The notes below the pieces were generated by a model. It did no database searches. It was not told the DNA's origin and worked only from the letters and a program-made list of their open reading frames with translations. Below, piece after piece: positions 9,922-20,544 of a stretch of DNA of 48,157 bases. The DNA is from Bacteroidales bacterium. GTDB taxonomy: Bacteria > Bacteroidota > Bacteroidia > Bacteroidales > CAIWKO01. Within the stretch, counting starts at the first letter, position 1. Every line of letters starts with the position of its first letter. The DNA is taken from NCBI GenBank assembly GCA_035389045.1, contig DAOORA010000030.1:1-48157 (forward strand), read 5' to 3'. The position numbers and the translations under genes are program-made.

Positions 9922-10227
9922 GTATTCATGAATTTATACTCCGGCAAAGATAGTTTTTTTTAGTATGCCGGAAGTTTGAATTATAACTTCGTTGATTATA
10001 TGATGATTAGCAAATTGTTTACAACATTTGTTTCAAGATATTTATATGATTTTAAATTGTTAATATGGAATAACATTCTAATTAATTGTTTATGTTTAAT
10101 TTATATAAAATATATATTGTACCTGGCACGTCAGGAAGAAGTCTGCGAATTTGTTGTGCAAAAATGTGAATATCCGTTTCATGTGATAAAATGAATAATT
10201 TTGTCACTGGCAGAATTTTTAATAGTG

Positions 10228-11610
10228 ATGTTGACAGCAGAAAGAAACACGGTAAGCAAAGGTGTGGCATTGTTTGTTACCACATTATCGTCTTTTCTGA
10301 CCACTTTTATGGCTTCCTCAATAAACATTGCCCTTCCGGCCATCGCAGGAGAATTTGAAATTGATGCGGTGACACTGAGTTGGGTGGCGGCAGCCAATTT
10401 GCTGACCTCGGCTCTTTTTCTGGTTCCTTTTGGTAAGCTTGCTGATATATACGGAAGAAAAAAGATCTACATCATCGGAATCATTGTTTTCAGTATTTCA
10501 TCACTGATTTCGGGGCTGGCGCCCGGTGTTATTGTGCTTATTACCGCACGTGCCTTTCAGGGGCTGGGATCTTCCATGATCTTCGGTACCGCTGTGGCCA
10601 TACTGACTTCCGTGTTTCCTGCCAGCGAAAGGGGTAAGGCATTGGGATACAATCTGGCTTCAACCTATCTGGGACTTTCGCTCGGGCCGGTCATAGGCGG
10701 TATCCTGACACATCAGCTCGGATGGAGGACTGTATTTTTTCTGAGTGTACTGCTCAGCATTGTCGTGATCATTTTTGTTTTCACAAAGCTGAAGGCGGAA
10801 TGGGCTGATGCACAGGGTGAAAAATTCGATATTACAGGATCCGTAATATATATGTTTGGACTTTTCGGGATCATCTATGGGTTTTCTGTGTTACCTTCCG
10901 TTCATGGTGCTGTCCTGCTGGGAGCCGGTATCATCACCATGGTGGCTTTTATGAAATTCGAGAACCGCACCGCATTTCCTGTGCTGAACCTGAACCATTT
11001 TAAAAAGAATCCTGTATTTATCTTTTCCAATATAGCCGCTTTCATTAATTACAGTGCCACTTTTGCGGTAGGTTATCTGATAAGTTTGTACCTGCAGTAT
11101 ATCAAAGGACTCAGCTCTCAGGATGCCGGAATTATCATGGTGGTGCAGCCGGCAACCATGGCTATTTTCTCACCCCTGGCAGGACGTTTGTCTGACAAGA
11201 TCGAACCGCGTGTGGTTGCTTCCATAGGAATGGCGCTGACAACTTTAGGGTTGGTACTTTTTATTTTTATAGGCGAACATACGCCGGCAATTTACATTAT
11301 GGCCACATTATTTATGATCGGTATCGGGTTTGCGCTGTTTTCCTCGCCGAACACCAATGCCATCATGAGCTCGGTGGAACGTAGGCTCTACGGCGTGGCA
11401 TCTGCTTCGGTCGGAACGATGAGACTCACAGGCCAGGCCATCAGCATGGGCATAGCCACCATGGTATTTTCTTTGAATATCGGCAAAATAAAAATCACTC
11501 CCGAACATTATCTGGCCTTTTTGTCCAGCACGCATATCGCTTTTATTATTTTTACCATAATGTGCGGTTTTGGCGTGTTTGCTTCACTGGCCCGGGGCAA
11601 GCTGAGGTAG
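10228..11610 (+). CDS. MFS transporter, DHA2/EmrB-like (14 TM)
   Basis: GKLADIYGRKK motif A, ARAFQGLG, GPVIGG..T..LGWR and AGRLSDKI. Confidence 0.9.
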   Translation: MLTAERNTVSKGVALFVTTLSSFLTTFMASSINIALPAIAGEFEIDAVTLSWVAAANLLTSALFLVPFGKLADIYGRKKIYIIGIIVFSISSLISGLAPGVIVLITARAFQGLGSSMIFGTAVAILTSVFPASERGKALGYNLASTYLGLSLGPVIGGILTHQLGWRTVFFLSVLLSIVVIIFVFTKLKAEWADAQGEKFDITGSVIYMFGLFGIIYGFSVLPSVHGAVLLGAGIITMVAFMKFENRTAFPVLNLNHFKKNPVFIFSNIAAFINYSATFAVGYLISLYLQYIKGLSSQDAGIIMVVQPATMAIFSPLAGRLSDKIEPRVVASIGMALTTLGLVLFIFIGEHTPAIYIMATLFMIGIGFALFSSPNTNAIMSSVERRLYGVASASVGTMRLTGQAISMGIATMVFSLNIGKIKITPEHYLAFLSSTHIAFIIFTIMCGFGVFASLARGKLR

Positions 11611-11721
11611 CTCAACGGCAGGACATTTGTGCTCTTAGGTCTTTTAATGCAAGTTTTTATTCCATTCTTAAAAATAAAACCGGCTGTTTTCATTCTTTTT
11701 TCTTTTAGTTCTATATTTTTT

Positions 11722-11729
11722 TACTTTTG
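11722..11729 (+). promoter_or_regulatory. -7 promoter element (TACTTTTG) for purL
   Basis: TAnnTTTG 21 nt before the ATG at 11751. Confidence 0.6.
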
Positions 11730-11750
11730 TAGTTATACAAAAAAATAGGG

Positions 11751-13988
11751 ATGAGAAAAGAAAAATCTGAAACTATAGTTAATTTAGAAACGGCCCGGAT
11801 GCTCGGCCTTGATACTGTTGAATTTGAAAAGATACAGCAAATACTCGGACGCATGCCCAACTTTAATGAACTGAGTGTTTATTCGGTGATGTGGTCGGAA
11901 CACTGTTCGTACAAAAACTCTGTCTTTTGGTTAAAGAAACTGCCCAAGGAGGGTCCGCAAATTTTGGCCAAAGCCGGGGAGGAGAATGCAGGCATGGTTG
12001 ACATTGGCGAGGGGATGGCTTGTGTGTTCAAAATAGAATCTCATAATCACCCTTCGGCTGTGGAGCCTTACCAGGGGGCTGCCACTGGTGTAGGAGGCAT
12101 TAACCGTGATATTTTCACCATGGGTGCACGGCCCATTGCACAGCTTAACTCCCTGCGTTTCGGCAATCTTGCCCTCGACAGAACCAAGCATCTTGTAAAA
12201 GGCGTGGTAAAAGGCATAGGCGACTATGGTAATGCTTTTGGTGTGCCTGTGGTTGCCGGCGAAACAAATTTCGATGATTGCTATAATCAGAATATTCTGG
12301 TGAATGCCATGTCGGTAGGCGTGGTAAAATCGGGGAACACAGTTTCAGCGACCTCCAAAGGTGTTGGCAATCCTGTATTTATTGTGGGTTCTTCCACCGG
12401 AAAAGATGGGATACACGGTGCCACGTTTGCCTCCGTGGAGCTTACCGAAAACTCTGCGGAAGATCTGCCATCCGTACAGGTGGGCGACCCGTTTCAGGAA
12501 AAACTTTTACTAGAAGCTTCGCTGGAACTCATCAGGTCGCGTTGTGTGATAGGTATGCAGGACATGGGCGCAGCCGGCATAGTGTGCTCCACCTCGGAGA
12601 TGTCTGCCAAAGGCGGCCATGGTATGGATATTTACTTAGACAAAGTGCCATTACGCCAGAAAAATATGAAGCCTTGGGAAATATTACTTTCAGAATCACA
12701 GGAACGTATGCTGGTGGTGATCGAAAAAGGTAAAGAAGATGTTGCCTTAAACACTTTTAAAAAGTGGGACCTGAATTGTGTGGAGATCGGAAAAGTGATC
12801 AAGGGAGGCATGCTGAATTATTACATGAACGGCGAGCTTGTGGCACAAATACCTGCCGAATCGCTGGTACTTGGCGGAGGAGCCCCAGTTTATGAACGTG
12901 AGTATAAAGAACCTGAATACTTTTCAAAAACAAAAAAATTCAACATCAACTCTGTGCCAGAGCCTGCTGATTTGCGGCAGGTGGCCAAACTATTGCTTGC
13001 CAACCCCAACATATGTTCAAAAAAATGGATATGGGAACAGTACGACAGTATGGTGGGTACCAAGAATATGACCACCAACCGTCCTGCCGATGCTGCTGTG
13101 GTAAACCTGAAAGGGACGGACAAAGCCCTCGTGATGACGGTTGACTGCAATGCACGTTATGTTCATGCCGACCCGCGCATAGGTACCGAAATAGCAGTGG
13201 CTGAAGCCGCACGCAATATCGCCTGTGCCGGAGGTAAGCCGCTGGCCATTACCAATTGTCTGAATTTTGGCAATCCATACAATCCTGAGGTATACTGGCA
13301 GTTTGTCAATGCTATCAAAGGAATGTCCAACGCCTGTAAAAAATTCGGAACCCCGGTTACAGGAGGCAACGTCAGTTTTTACAACCAGTCAAACATGGAA
13401 GGGAATGTGATTCCGGTCTTTCCTACACCTGTAATCGGAATGCTGGGTATCCTCAACAGCAAAAAAAACATGATGACCATGGACTTCAAGCGCAAAGGCG
13501 ACCTGATCTATATGCTGGGTGAAGCCCGTAATGATATCAACTCCTCTCAGTACCTGCTCAATTACCATAAAGTAAAACTGTCACCGCCGCCCTATTTTAA
13601 TATGGACCGCGAATTTGTTACCCAGCATGTGCTGCATGAACTCATAAACAGCAAACTGATCAACTCGGCCCATGATGTTACAGAAGGCGGGTTATTTGTC
13701 GCACTTTTTGAATCTTCTATGCACAATGAACTTGGATTTGATATCACTACCGATTGCGAGATACGTGAAGACGCTTTTTTGTTTGGTGAAGCCCAGGGCC
13801 GTATCATCGTGAGTGTCAGCCAGGATAATGAAGGTGATTTTATTGATTTTGTGGTCGACTCCAAGGCAAGTTTTACTTTATTAGGGCATGTTACTAAGGG
13901 AGATATGCGGGTTGATGATGTCTCGTTCGGCCATGTTAAGGAAGCAAAGATGATTTATGATCATGCGCTGGAAAGCTATCTGAAATAG
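11751..13988 (+). CDS. purL: Phosphoribosylformylglycinamidine synthase subunit PurL (small type)
   Basis: MWSEHCSYK, KIESHNHPS, GAATGVGG, DMGAAG, LSESQERM, TNCLNFGNP and GGNVSFYN; 745 aa with no glutaminase domain. Confidence 0.97.
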   Translation: MRKEKSETIVNLETARMLGLDTVEFEKIQQILGRMPNFNELSVYSVMWSEHCSYKNSVFWLKKLPKEGPQILAKAGEENAGMVDIGEGMACVFKIESHNHPSAVEPYQGAATGVGGINRDIFTMGARPIAQLNSLRFGNLALDRTKHLVKGVVKGIGDYGNAFGVPVVAGETNFDDCYNQNILVNAMSVGVVKSGNTVSATSKGVGNPVFIVGSSTGKDGIHGATFASVELTENSAEDLPSVQVGDPFQEKLLLEASLELIRSRCVIGMQDMGAAGIVCSTSEMSAKGGHGMDIYLDKVPLRQKNMKPWEILLSESQERMLVVIEKGKEDVALNTFKKWDLNCVEIGKVIKGGMLNYYMNGELVAQIPAESLVLGGGAPVYEREYKEPEYFSKTKKFNINSVPEPADLRQVAKLLLANPNICSKKWIWEQYDSMVGTKNMTTNRPADAAVVNLKGTDKALVMTVDCNARYVHADPRIGTEIAVAEAARNIACAGGKPLAITNCLNFGNPYNPEVYWQFVNAIKGMSNACKKFGTPVTGGNVSFYNQSNMEGNVIPVFPTPVIGMLGILNSKKNMMTMDFKRKGDLIYMLGEARNDINSSQYLLNYHKVKLSPPPYFNMDREFVTQHVLHELINSKLINSAHDVTEGGLFVALFESSMHNELGFDITTDCEIREDAFLFGEAQGRIIVSVSQDNEGDFIDFVVDSKASFTLLGHVTKGDMRVDDVSFGHVKEAKMIYDHALESYLK

Positions 13989-14055
13989 GCAACGGGAGAA
14001 ATCACAATAATATCAGTGTATTATAAGAAAAATATCAGAAAATCTTTGTGAAGAT

Positions 14056-15378
14056 ATGTTGGAAAAATTCTTCTCCTTAAAAAGCAATCATACAAATATC
14101 CGTACCGAAATACTTGCAGGCATCACCACCTTTGTGGCAGCCATGTACATCATCATTGTCAATCCGGCGATGGTCTCCGATACGGGTATGCCTTTCAGTG
14201 CTGTACTTACAGGTACTGTGGTATTAAGCGCTTTTTGTACCATTATGATGGGGATTTATGCTAAAAACCCGATACTGATCGCGCCAAGCATGGGATTGAA
14301 TGCTTTTTTCACCTATTTTGTCGTTGCCGGGATGAAAGTACCTGTTGAAATTGCTCTGGGGGCTTTGTTTTGGGCAGGTGTGCTGTTTTTTATTCTTTCG
14401 GTTTTCAACATCCGGTCCAAAATTGTGGAAGCAATACCCAAACCAATAAGGTATGCCATTGCAGGTGGCATTGGCCTGTTTATTGCTTTGCTGGGTTTTG
14501 TCAATGCCGGTTTCATTATTGTGAAACCGCCATTCATCGGACTCGGACCGATGAATGTGGTTACCCTGATATTTGCAGGGGGAATATTACTTATTGCGGT
14601 GCTTATGGTGAAAAAGGTAAAAGGAGCAATGATGATTGGAATTATTGCGATTACCTTATTCTGTATTCCGGTAGGACGATGGTTGGGTGATGTTTCGGCT
14701 GTCAATCATGGTATTCCGGCCCTTGTTTCCTGGAAGGGGTTTTATCAGGCGCCTGATTTCAGTTTTTTCTTAAAACTCGACCTGCTGAATTCACTAAAGC
14801 TGGCGGTTTGGCCGGTCATCTTCGCAGTTTGTTTCACCGATATGTTCGACAGTCTGTCGACCTTTGTCGGCGTTGCAGAGGCCGCCGGTCTTAAAGATAA
14901 AAATGGCGAACCCCGCAACATCAAACAATCACTTATTGTAGATGCCGTGGCAACCGGGTTGGCCGGCATGCTGGGAACCACATCCGGCACGGCGTACATT
15001 GAATCTGCTTCCGGCGTGGCCCAGGGAGGCCGAACCGGCCTTACTGCCGTGGTAGCAGGATTGCTGTTTATCCCGTTCATGTTCTTTTCGCCGCTGCTGT
15101 CGATGGTGCCTTCGGTGGCTACAGCGCCTGTACTGGTGATTGTAGGCGTATTTATGATGAAGCCCGTTATGAACATCAACTGGGACGAAATGGACGACGC
15201 CATACCCTGTTTTCTGGCCATGATACTGATACCGCTTACGTATTCCATCACCCAGGGAATTATCTGGGGTCTGCTGTCATGGACACTGATAAAACTCATC
15301 ACCGGGAAATACGGCGAAATAAGCATCACCCTCGTCATCATTGATGTATTTTCAATACTATTATTGATATTTGAGTAA
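14056..15378 (+). CDS. NCS2/AzgA-family purine permease
   Basis: TEILAGITTF..M.YII.VNP, APSMGLNAFF and YIESASGVAQGGRTGLTAVV; downstream of purL. Confidence 0.92.
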   Translation: MLEKFFSLKSNHTNIRTEILAGITTFVAAMYIIIVNPAMVSDTGMPFSAVLTGTVVLSAFCTIMMGIYAKNPILIAPSMGLNAFFTYFVVAGMKVPVEIALGALFWAGVLFFILSVFNIRSKIVEAIPKPIRYAIAGGIGLFIALLGFVNAGFIIVKPPFIGLGPMNVVTLIFAGGILLIAVLMVKKVKGAMMIGIIAITLFCIPVGRWLGDVSAVNHGIPALVSWKGFYQAPDFSFFLKLDLLNSLKLAVWPVIFAVCFTDMFDSLSTFVGVAEAAGLKDKNGEPRNIKQSLIVDAVATGLAGMLGTTSGTAYIESASGVAQGGRTGLTAVVAGLLFIPFMFFSPLLSMVPSVATAPVLVIVGVFMMKPVMNINWDEMDDAIPCFLAMILIPLTYSITQGIIWGLLSWTLIKLITGKYGEISITLVIIDVFSILLLIFE

Positions 15379-15397
15379 CACCTTCAGATATAGTACA

Positions 15398-16033
15398 ATG
15401 GGACTCACGGGTTTTGCTTTGCGGTTTGTCATTTTTATCGGTTTCCTGTTGTTTTATGGTCTGGTCAGGGCACAAAACGCCAGGGCTGAAATTTTCAGGT
15501 CAAATGTGGAGTACCGCAAAGCGATGAATCGGGAATTCGCCGATCCATTGACAACACCTCTGACGGAAGAAGGTTTAATAATATTCAGTGCATTGGATTT
15601 TTTTCCTGTAAAGCCAAAATACAGAGTGGTTTCAAAACTTGAGCTTACCCCGGATGAAAAACCTTTTGAAATGCAGCGTTCTAAAGGAAACACCGGAACC
15701 TATCGCAAATACGGCGAGCTTACATTTAAACTTAACGGTAAAACATGCAAACTCAGTGTATATCAATATCTGAAACTGCTGAACGACTCCATTCACAGTG
15801 ACGACCTTTTTCTTCCATTCAAGGATCTGACAAATGGAAAGCAGACATATGGCGGAGGGAGATTCCTCGATCTGAAAATCCCTGTTGGCGACGAACTCAT
15901 CATTGATTTCAACCAGGCATACAATCCGCTTTGCTGTTACGGTAATCCCAGGTATTCCTGTCCGATACCTCCGGCTGAAAATCATCTGAATATTAAAATC
16001 CTTGCCGGTGAAAAAAAATATAATGAAAAATGA
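15398..16033 (+). CDS. DUF1684 family protein
   Basis: LFLPFKDLTNGKQTYGGGRFLD, DFNQAYNP.C.Y and CPIPP.EN.L...I.AGEK; signal peptide. Confidence 0.88.
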   Translation: MGLTGFALRFVIFIGFLLFYGLVRAQNARAEIFRSNVEYRKAMNREFADPLTTPLTEEGLIIFSALDFFPVKPKYRVVSKLELTPDEKPFEMQRSKGNTGTYRKYGELTFKLNGKTCKLSVYQYLKLLNDSIHSDDLFLPFKDLTNGKQTYGGGRFLDLKIPVGDELIIDFNQAYNPLCCYGNPRYSCPIPPAENHLNIKILAGEKKYNEK

Positions 16034-16195
16034 TGCATCCCGCCGCACGGGTTTCTTTCGATCCGCCGGGGCGGACATCGCGTGGTAGGTCAGAGCGGCA
16101 TAGCCGCCACCGAATGTTTTTTATTTTTATAGAATAATAAGCTTTAGGAGAACAAGGCAATTATTTGACCATCAGGCTTTCCGGAAAATGTGTAT

Positions 16196-17683
16196 TTATC
16201 TTTTTTCCTTTATGACTTTAAAACTGCTTTTATTTGTTGCCGAAGTCAGCGTAACTATGTACATCCCGTCTGCGGCATCTGTCAAATCGAGTTTATATTC
16301 CCCCGTCCGGAGTTCAGAATCATCATTGAAGATGTTCTGTCCCAATATGTTGAAAACGGAGATGCTATACTGTTCCGAAATCTGGTTTTCGCTGAAATGT
16401 AGCACATATTCACCGGATGAAATACTGGGATAAATACCTGCAAAGCAGCTTGGCTGCGAAATTAAATTTTCTTCAGTGCCGGTGATATGTTCGGTAGTGG
16501 ACGAAAAACTGCAGTCATCGCCGATCTTCACTACATAGATGTTGGCCAGCCCGGTACCCAGTTCATCCGAATATCCGACAATGGCATAACCACGGTCTGC
16601 GGTCTGTATCGCCTGGAATCCTTCTTCATCTTCAGACGACCCGGCAGTTCTGCTGCAAACAAAAACATGGTTTTCATCAAAAGCCAGAAAGACTGTTTCT
16701 TTGCCTCCATTGCCCTGGCCGTTCACATAGCCTGCTAACAAATAGCGGGAAGAATCCGTTACCGTTATATTGTTTATGATATTATCGCCGGGTATTATTT
16801 CCCAGGGTTCAGGCATCTTCCATTTCAGGTTGTTGTTCTTGTCATAGCTCTGAACCCAGTAATCATAATCAATGGCGCCATAGTTTTTTGTCGTACCCGC
16901 AATAACGAATCCCGAGTCAGGTGTCTGGCTGACAGTGTTGAGGATATCTTCATGGATATCGCCATAGGTCTTTGTCCGTATGGTGTCGCCATTCATGTCA
17001 AGATTCAGTACATACCCATCGAAGCTGCCATGCCCGAAACTGTTGGTGGTGGCTCCGATCAGGTAGGTGCTGTCGGGCAGTATACAAGCCGATGTGGCAT
17101 AGTCGGTGCTGTCGCCGCCAAAAACCCGCGTCCACAGGGTATCTCCCAATAAATTAGTCTTTATTACATAAATGTTTTCATTGGCAGGCCCATAACTGAA
17201 AGTCTGGCCGGCAATGATGTAGGCACCGTCACAGGTTTCCCTCACCGCATTGCCAAAATCCCAGTCGGTGCCTCCCCAATAGCGTTCCCATTCTACATTG
17301 ATGTTCGAGTCGGTCTTCATTAACAGCACATCGTAGCCCTTGCCGGGCAACTTATCGGTTAATCCGCATATCAGAAACCCATGGTCAGTGGTGCGGATAA
17401 AATCGTTGGCCCAATATATTGCGCCATCACCTAAATTTTTTTCATATATGATCAAACCCAGTGAATCGGTTCTGATAATATCAATTTTTGAGTTAGCTGT
17501 TGATGTACTCACATTGCTTAAAATAAAAAAACCCCTGTCGCCGGCTTCGATGATCCTGCGGCCGTAGTTGTATTGCATAGACCCATAGGTGTGGTTGAAT
17601 GTTACGGGCTGGGCAGAAATTCTGCTTGTTTGACAACAGAAAATTAATATAATCAATAACAATATGTCAGGCAGTTTTTTCAT
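16196..17683 (-). CDS. T9SS type A CTD cargo protein with repeated beta-propeller-like blades
   Basis: Signal peptide; repeats of T.D.G(F/Y)IIAG.T.S(Y/F)G...D.Y.(I/L)KT...GDT.W; CTD IYPS...G.YIV.L.......KVIK. Confidence 0.82.
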   Translation of the reverse strand: MKKLPDILLLIILIFCCQTSRISAQPVTFNHTYGSMQYNYGRRIIEAGDRGFFILSNVSTSTANSKIDIIRTDSLGLIIYEKNLGDGAIYWANDFIRTTDHGFLICGLTDKLPGKGYDVLLMKTDSNINVEWERYWGGTDWDFGNAVRETCDGAYIIAGQTFSYGPANENIYVIKTNLLGDTLWTRVFGGDSTDYATSACILPDSTYLIGATTNSFGHGSFDGYVLNLDMNGDTIRTKTYGDIHEDILNTVSQTPDSGFVIAGTTKNYGAIDYDYWVQSYDKNNNLKWKMPEPWEIIPGDNIINNITVTDSSRYLLAGYVNGQGNGGKETVFLAFDENHVFVCSRTAGSSEDEEGFQAIQTADRGYAIVGYSDELGTGLANIYVVKIGDDCSFSSTTEHITGTEENLISQPSCFAGIYPSISSGEYVLHFSENQISEQYSISVFNILGQNIFNDDSELRTGEYKLDLTDAADGMYIVTLTSATNKSSFKVIKEKR

Positions 17684-18961
17684 TTACAGAGTTTTGATTA
17701 TCGAAATAACACCGCCCGCTCCGGCTGATTTTTGTGGCAACAGGTACGAATTCAGATAGGATGTCTGTATCTCTATGTAAAACTTTTTGTTGACCATGGC
17801 CGACAATCCTAATCCAAAGTTAAAACGCCCGTAACCACCTGTTTCTGCCGAAGGAAAAATGCTGATCACCGAATTTTTTACTGGGATATGCACAGAGGTG
17901 ACAAAACGAAGCCGGGGCCTGTACTGCGAGAAAAAATAATGGCTGAAGTTCAGGGATAATGAAAGCCGGCGTTTACACAAATACCTCGTATAACCGAGAT
18001 TCAAATTCATGGGTATCATTTGAGAAAATGCAGCATATTTTTTCGAAAAGGCAAAAGCGTTTACAATGCTGTCGGCCCCTTCCACCGATATTGTTTCACT
18101 GCTGATATGGGTCAGGTTGCTGAGTTCTATGCCGTCGAAAAATATGATCGTATCCTTATAATAGGATTGTGAATATTTTTTCCATCTGATGAATCCCAGG
18201 TCTTCGAACCGGCAATGAAAAACATTGTTTTCATCTGAAAACGTATATGCCACATCGGCAGAGAATCCCCAGCCGTTTTCGGCGCCAAATTTCTGGTTGA
18301 CCGTGTCGGAACGCTTCATGGCAATCTCCGCCTGTACATTGATGAACTCCGCCTCGCCCTGGGTATAGATGCTCCCGTAAGGTAACTTATAATTCAGGAT
18401 GTTCTGGCCGTTGTTGTATCCCAGCCCCGCTGTAAGTACATGCGTTGATTCGCCTTTGCGCCACGATTTGTTGATTCCGGCTTTGATCTGCTGGAAATTC
18501 AGTATGTTCAGTTGAAGGTTTTTCAGTATCAGAAATTCATTTGTAAAATCAGCATTTCCAAAGAAAACAAGGTGAAATAAATCCTTATTAAAGCGTAATT
18601 CCAGCAGGTTACGGTTTTCAAAGCCTGCATAATAATTGATATTATTATTTTTTCCGGGGATATTCAAATATAAATCCGTATTGAAAGAATACCCCAAAAT
18701 ATTGTAATAGGTATTTAAACGATCAAGAGCCTTACTTTTTAAGGAATGATCAAGAAACCCACCTTTATAAAATGTCCCGATGAAATTATTGGTCAGCGTG
18801 TTGGAATTGACACCAAGTTCTGAATTAAGCGATAAGTAATATTTTGTGTCATCAATGTTCACGTTGTAAAATAATTGCGTATAGCCGGGCAGGACACAGG
18901 CCGTTGTCAGGAAAACCGTCACCATGCATATCTTTAAAAATATTTTAAAGCGTGCTGACAT
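17684..18961 (-). CDS. Putative outer-membrane beta-barrel protein (DUF5723-like)
   Basis: Signal peptide, alternating amphipathic strands and G.GF..D....DLGFI.W motif; family call tentative. Confidence 0.55.
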   Translation of the reverse strand: MSARFKIFLKICMVTVFLTTACVLPGYTQLFYNVNIDDTKYYLSLNSELGVNSNTLTNNFIGTFYKGGFLDHSLKSKALDRLNTYYNILGYSFNTDLYLNIPGKNNNINYYAGFENRNLLELRFNKDLFHLVFFGNADFTNEFLILKNLQLNILNFQQIKAGINKSWRKGESTHVLTAGLGYNNGQNILNYKLPYGSIYTQGEAEFINVQAEIAMKRSDTVNQKFGAENGWGFSADVAYTFSDENNVFHCRFEDLGFIRWKKYSQSYYKDTIIFFDGIELSNLTHISSETISVEGADSIVNAFAFSKKYAAFSQMIPMNLNLGYTRYLCKRRLSLSLNFSHYFFSQYRPRLRFVTSVHIPVKNSVISIFPSAETGGYGRFNFGLGLSAMVNKKFYIEIQTSYLNSYLLPQKSAGAGGVISIIKTL

Positions 18962-18963
18962 AT

Positions 18964-20541
18964 TTACGTTTTTATCAGGTAGTTAAAATTACCGGTAAGT
19001 TTCAGATCGAGTTTGTAATGATCGTAAATTTTTACGTAATGCCCGGCGCCGATGGTGTTAAACCGTGCAACGATCAGCATCTTTCTGGTCTGGTAAAGAA
19101 GAGAAATTTTGTTTTCGGGTAATGGGATCTGTAAAACGGAACGTCGCGGATGCGTTACCATATAATAGGCATTCATGGGCGGGGGCGAAATAAGGTCGAG
19201 AAACAGCAGTGAATCTGTTATATGGTTAGTACTGTCGAGCGTGTATAATTGTATTTGGGCGCTGAAGGGAAATCCATTATCGGCCAGCAGGCTCAGGGTG
19301 CCTGAAATAATCGAGCCGGAATTTTCACCCAGATCAAAATCAACGGTGTCGGTCAGGGTGAGGTCGTTGGCGATCAGCGACAAGGGTATTTCCATATCTA
19401 AAGCAGCATTCAGGTAATTACCATAATAAAAAAAATCATTTCCGCATGAAATATTGCCTAAGGGATTGGATTCGACCTGTACCTTGTATGAGATCATATC
19501 GGGAATATTTTCGATCAGATCCAAAACATTTGAGTTGTCCAGAATGATGTTATAGGCCGAAGGATTCACCGGCTCGCCGGGGTTGCCGGTCTCGGTGGCC
19601 CGTGAAATATTGATGGATTGCCCTATAACAGGTGCGTCAAGGGAAACCGAATGCCCGGTCTTTGAGTTGATCGAGGTGATATTATTAAAAATCACCTGGG
19701 CATCTACGCCAAAGCCGTTTTCAACATTCAGATGAAGTTTTATGCTTTCAAAATCAAAGGTGCCGGCAGTGATTTTATCAAAAATATCAATGCTTGTGGT
19801 ATCGGGCCCGAATGAAAAGTTTTCGCTGCCAAAAAATCCTTTTGCGTATTGAAGTGATATATCCTTGAAGCGGACATTGAAACGGAATTCATCAAGGCTG
19901 TCGAGGGTATAGTTGCCCCCGGCGGGATGCAGCGTGGCCGTGGTGGTGTTGGTAAGGATATTGGAACTCAGTCCTGCTGGGCCGCGCAGATCAAGGCTGT
20001 AACCGGAGATGTCGTAAAATTTCTCGAAATGAAGCACCGAACCCGGTGTTGCTGCAGGAATAAGCTCAGTAGCATGAAACGGAGCTCCATTGATACTTGC
20101 AGAAGGTATGTCGTAGGTCACAATGATCGCTTCTGTAAATGATGAAAAAACTTCGAGCGCCAGCATCCCCTTACGAAAATCAACCCTGGAAATTTGTGCA
20201 TTATGAATTCCAAGATTAGAATTTTCAGTCAGGTTTAAAAAAGTCTGCCCGGCATGAATTACAAATCCGGCTAAAGGCGGAAGATATTTGTGCGACAGCG
20301 TATCGGGCAGATCCAGCAATGAATCCAGTGAGAAATTATAAAAGGGGTACTTATAGATCAGGCTTAATGAATGATCATTATTTACTTCGAGCAACGAATC
20401 GGGAAGAATATTGCCCAGGCCCATGGTCGATTTCAGCAGCGGGGCATTAACGTTTATTTCCCAGCTTGGATCCGTTTTTCTGCAGGAAACAAAGAATAAG
20501 CATAACAAGGCCGATATTAGTGCGGTTATTCTTGTTTTCAT
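18964..20541 (-). CDS. Hypothetical beta-rich lipoprotein
   Basis: Lipobox FVSC followed by RK; 525 aa; tightly coupled to its neighbours. Confidence 0.75.
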   Translation of the reverse strand: MKTRITALISALLCLFFVSCRKTDPSWEINVNAPLLKSTMGLGNILPDSLLEVNNDHSLSLIYKYPFYNFSLDSLLDLPDTLSHKYLPPLAGFVIHAGQTFLNLTENSNLGIHNAQISRVDFRKGMLALEVFSSFTEAIIVTYDIPSASINGAPFHATELIPAATPGSVLHFEKFYDISGYSLDLRGPAGLSSNILTNTTTATLHPAGGNYTLDSLDEFRFNVRFKDISLQYAKGFFGSENFSFGPDTTSIDIFDKITAGTFDFESIKLHLNVENGFGVDAQVIFNNITSINSKTGHSVSLDAPVIGQSINISRATETGNPGEPVNPSAYNIILDNSNVLDLIENIPDMISYKVQVESNPLGNISCGNDFFYYGNYLNAALDMEIPLSLIANDLTLTDTVDFDLGENSGSIISGTLSLLADNGFPFSAQIQLYTLDSTNHITDSLLFLDLISPPPMNAYYMVTHPRRSVLQIPLPENKISLLYQTRKMLIVARFNTIGAGHYVKIYDHYKLDLKLTGNFNYLIKT

Positions 20542-20544
20542 GTC

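Noticed and set aside
9976..10194. 72-aa ORF in the AT-rich divergent intergenic region
   Set aside because: TTG start, low-complexity composition, and it occupies the expected promoter region
11611..14055. Purine or ZTP riboswitch upstream of purL or the NCS2 permease
   Set aside because: Leaders are short and AT-rich, and no aptamer consensus is visible
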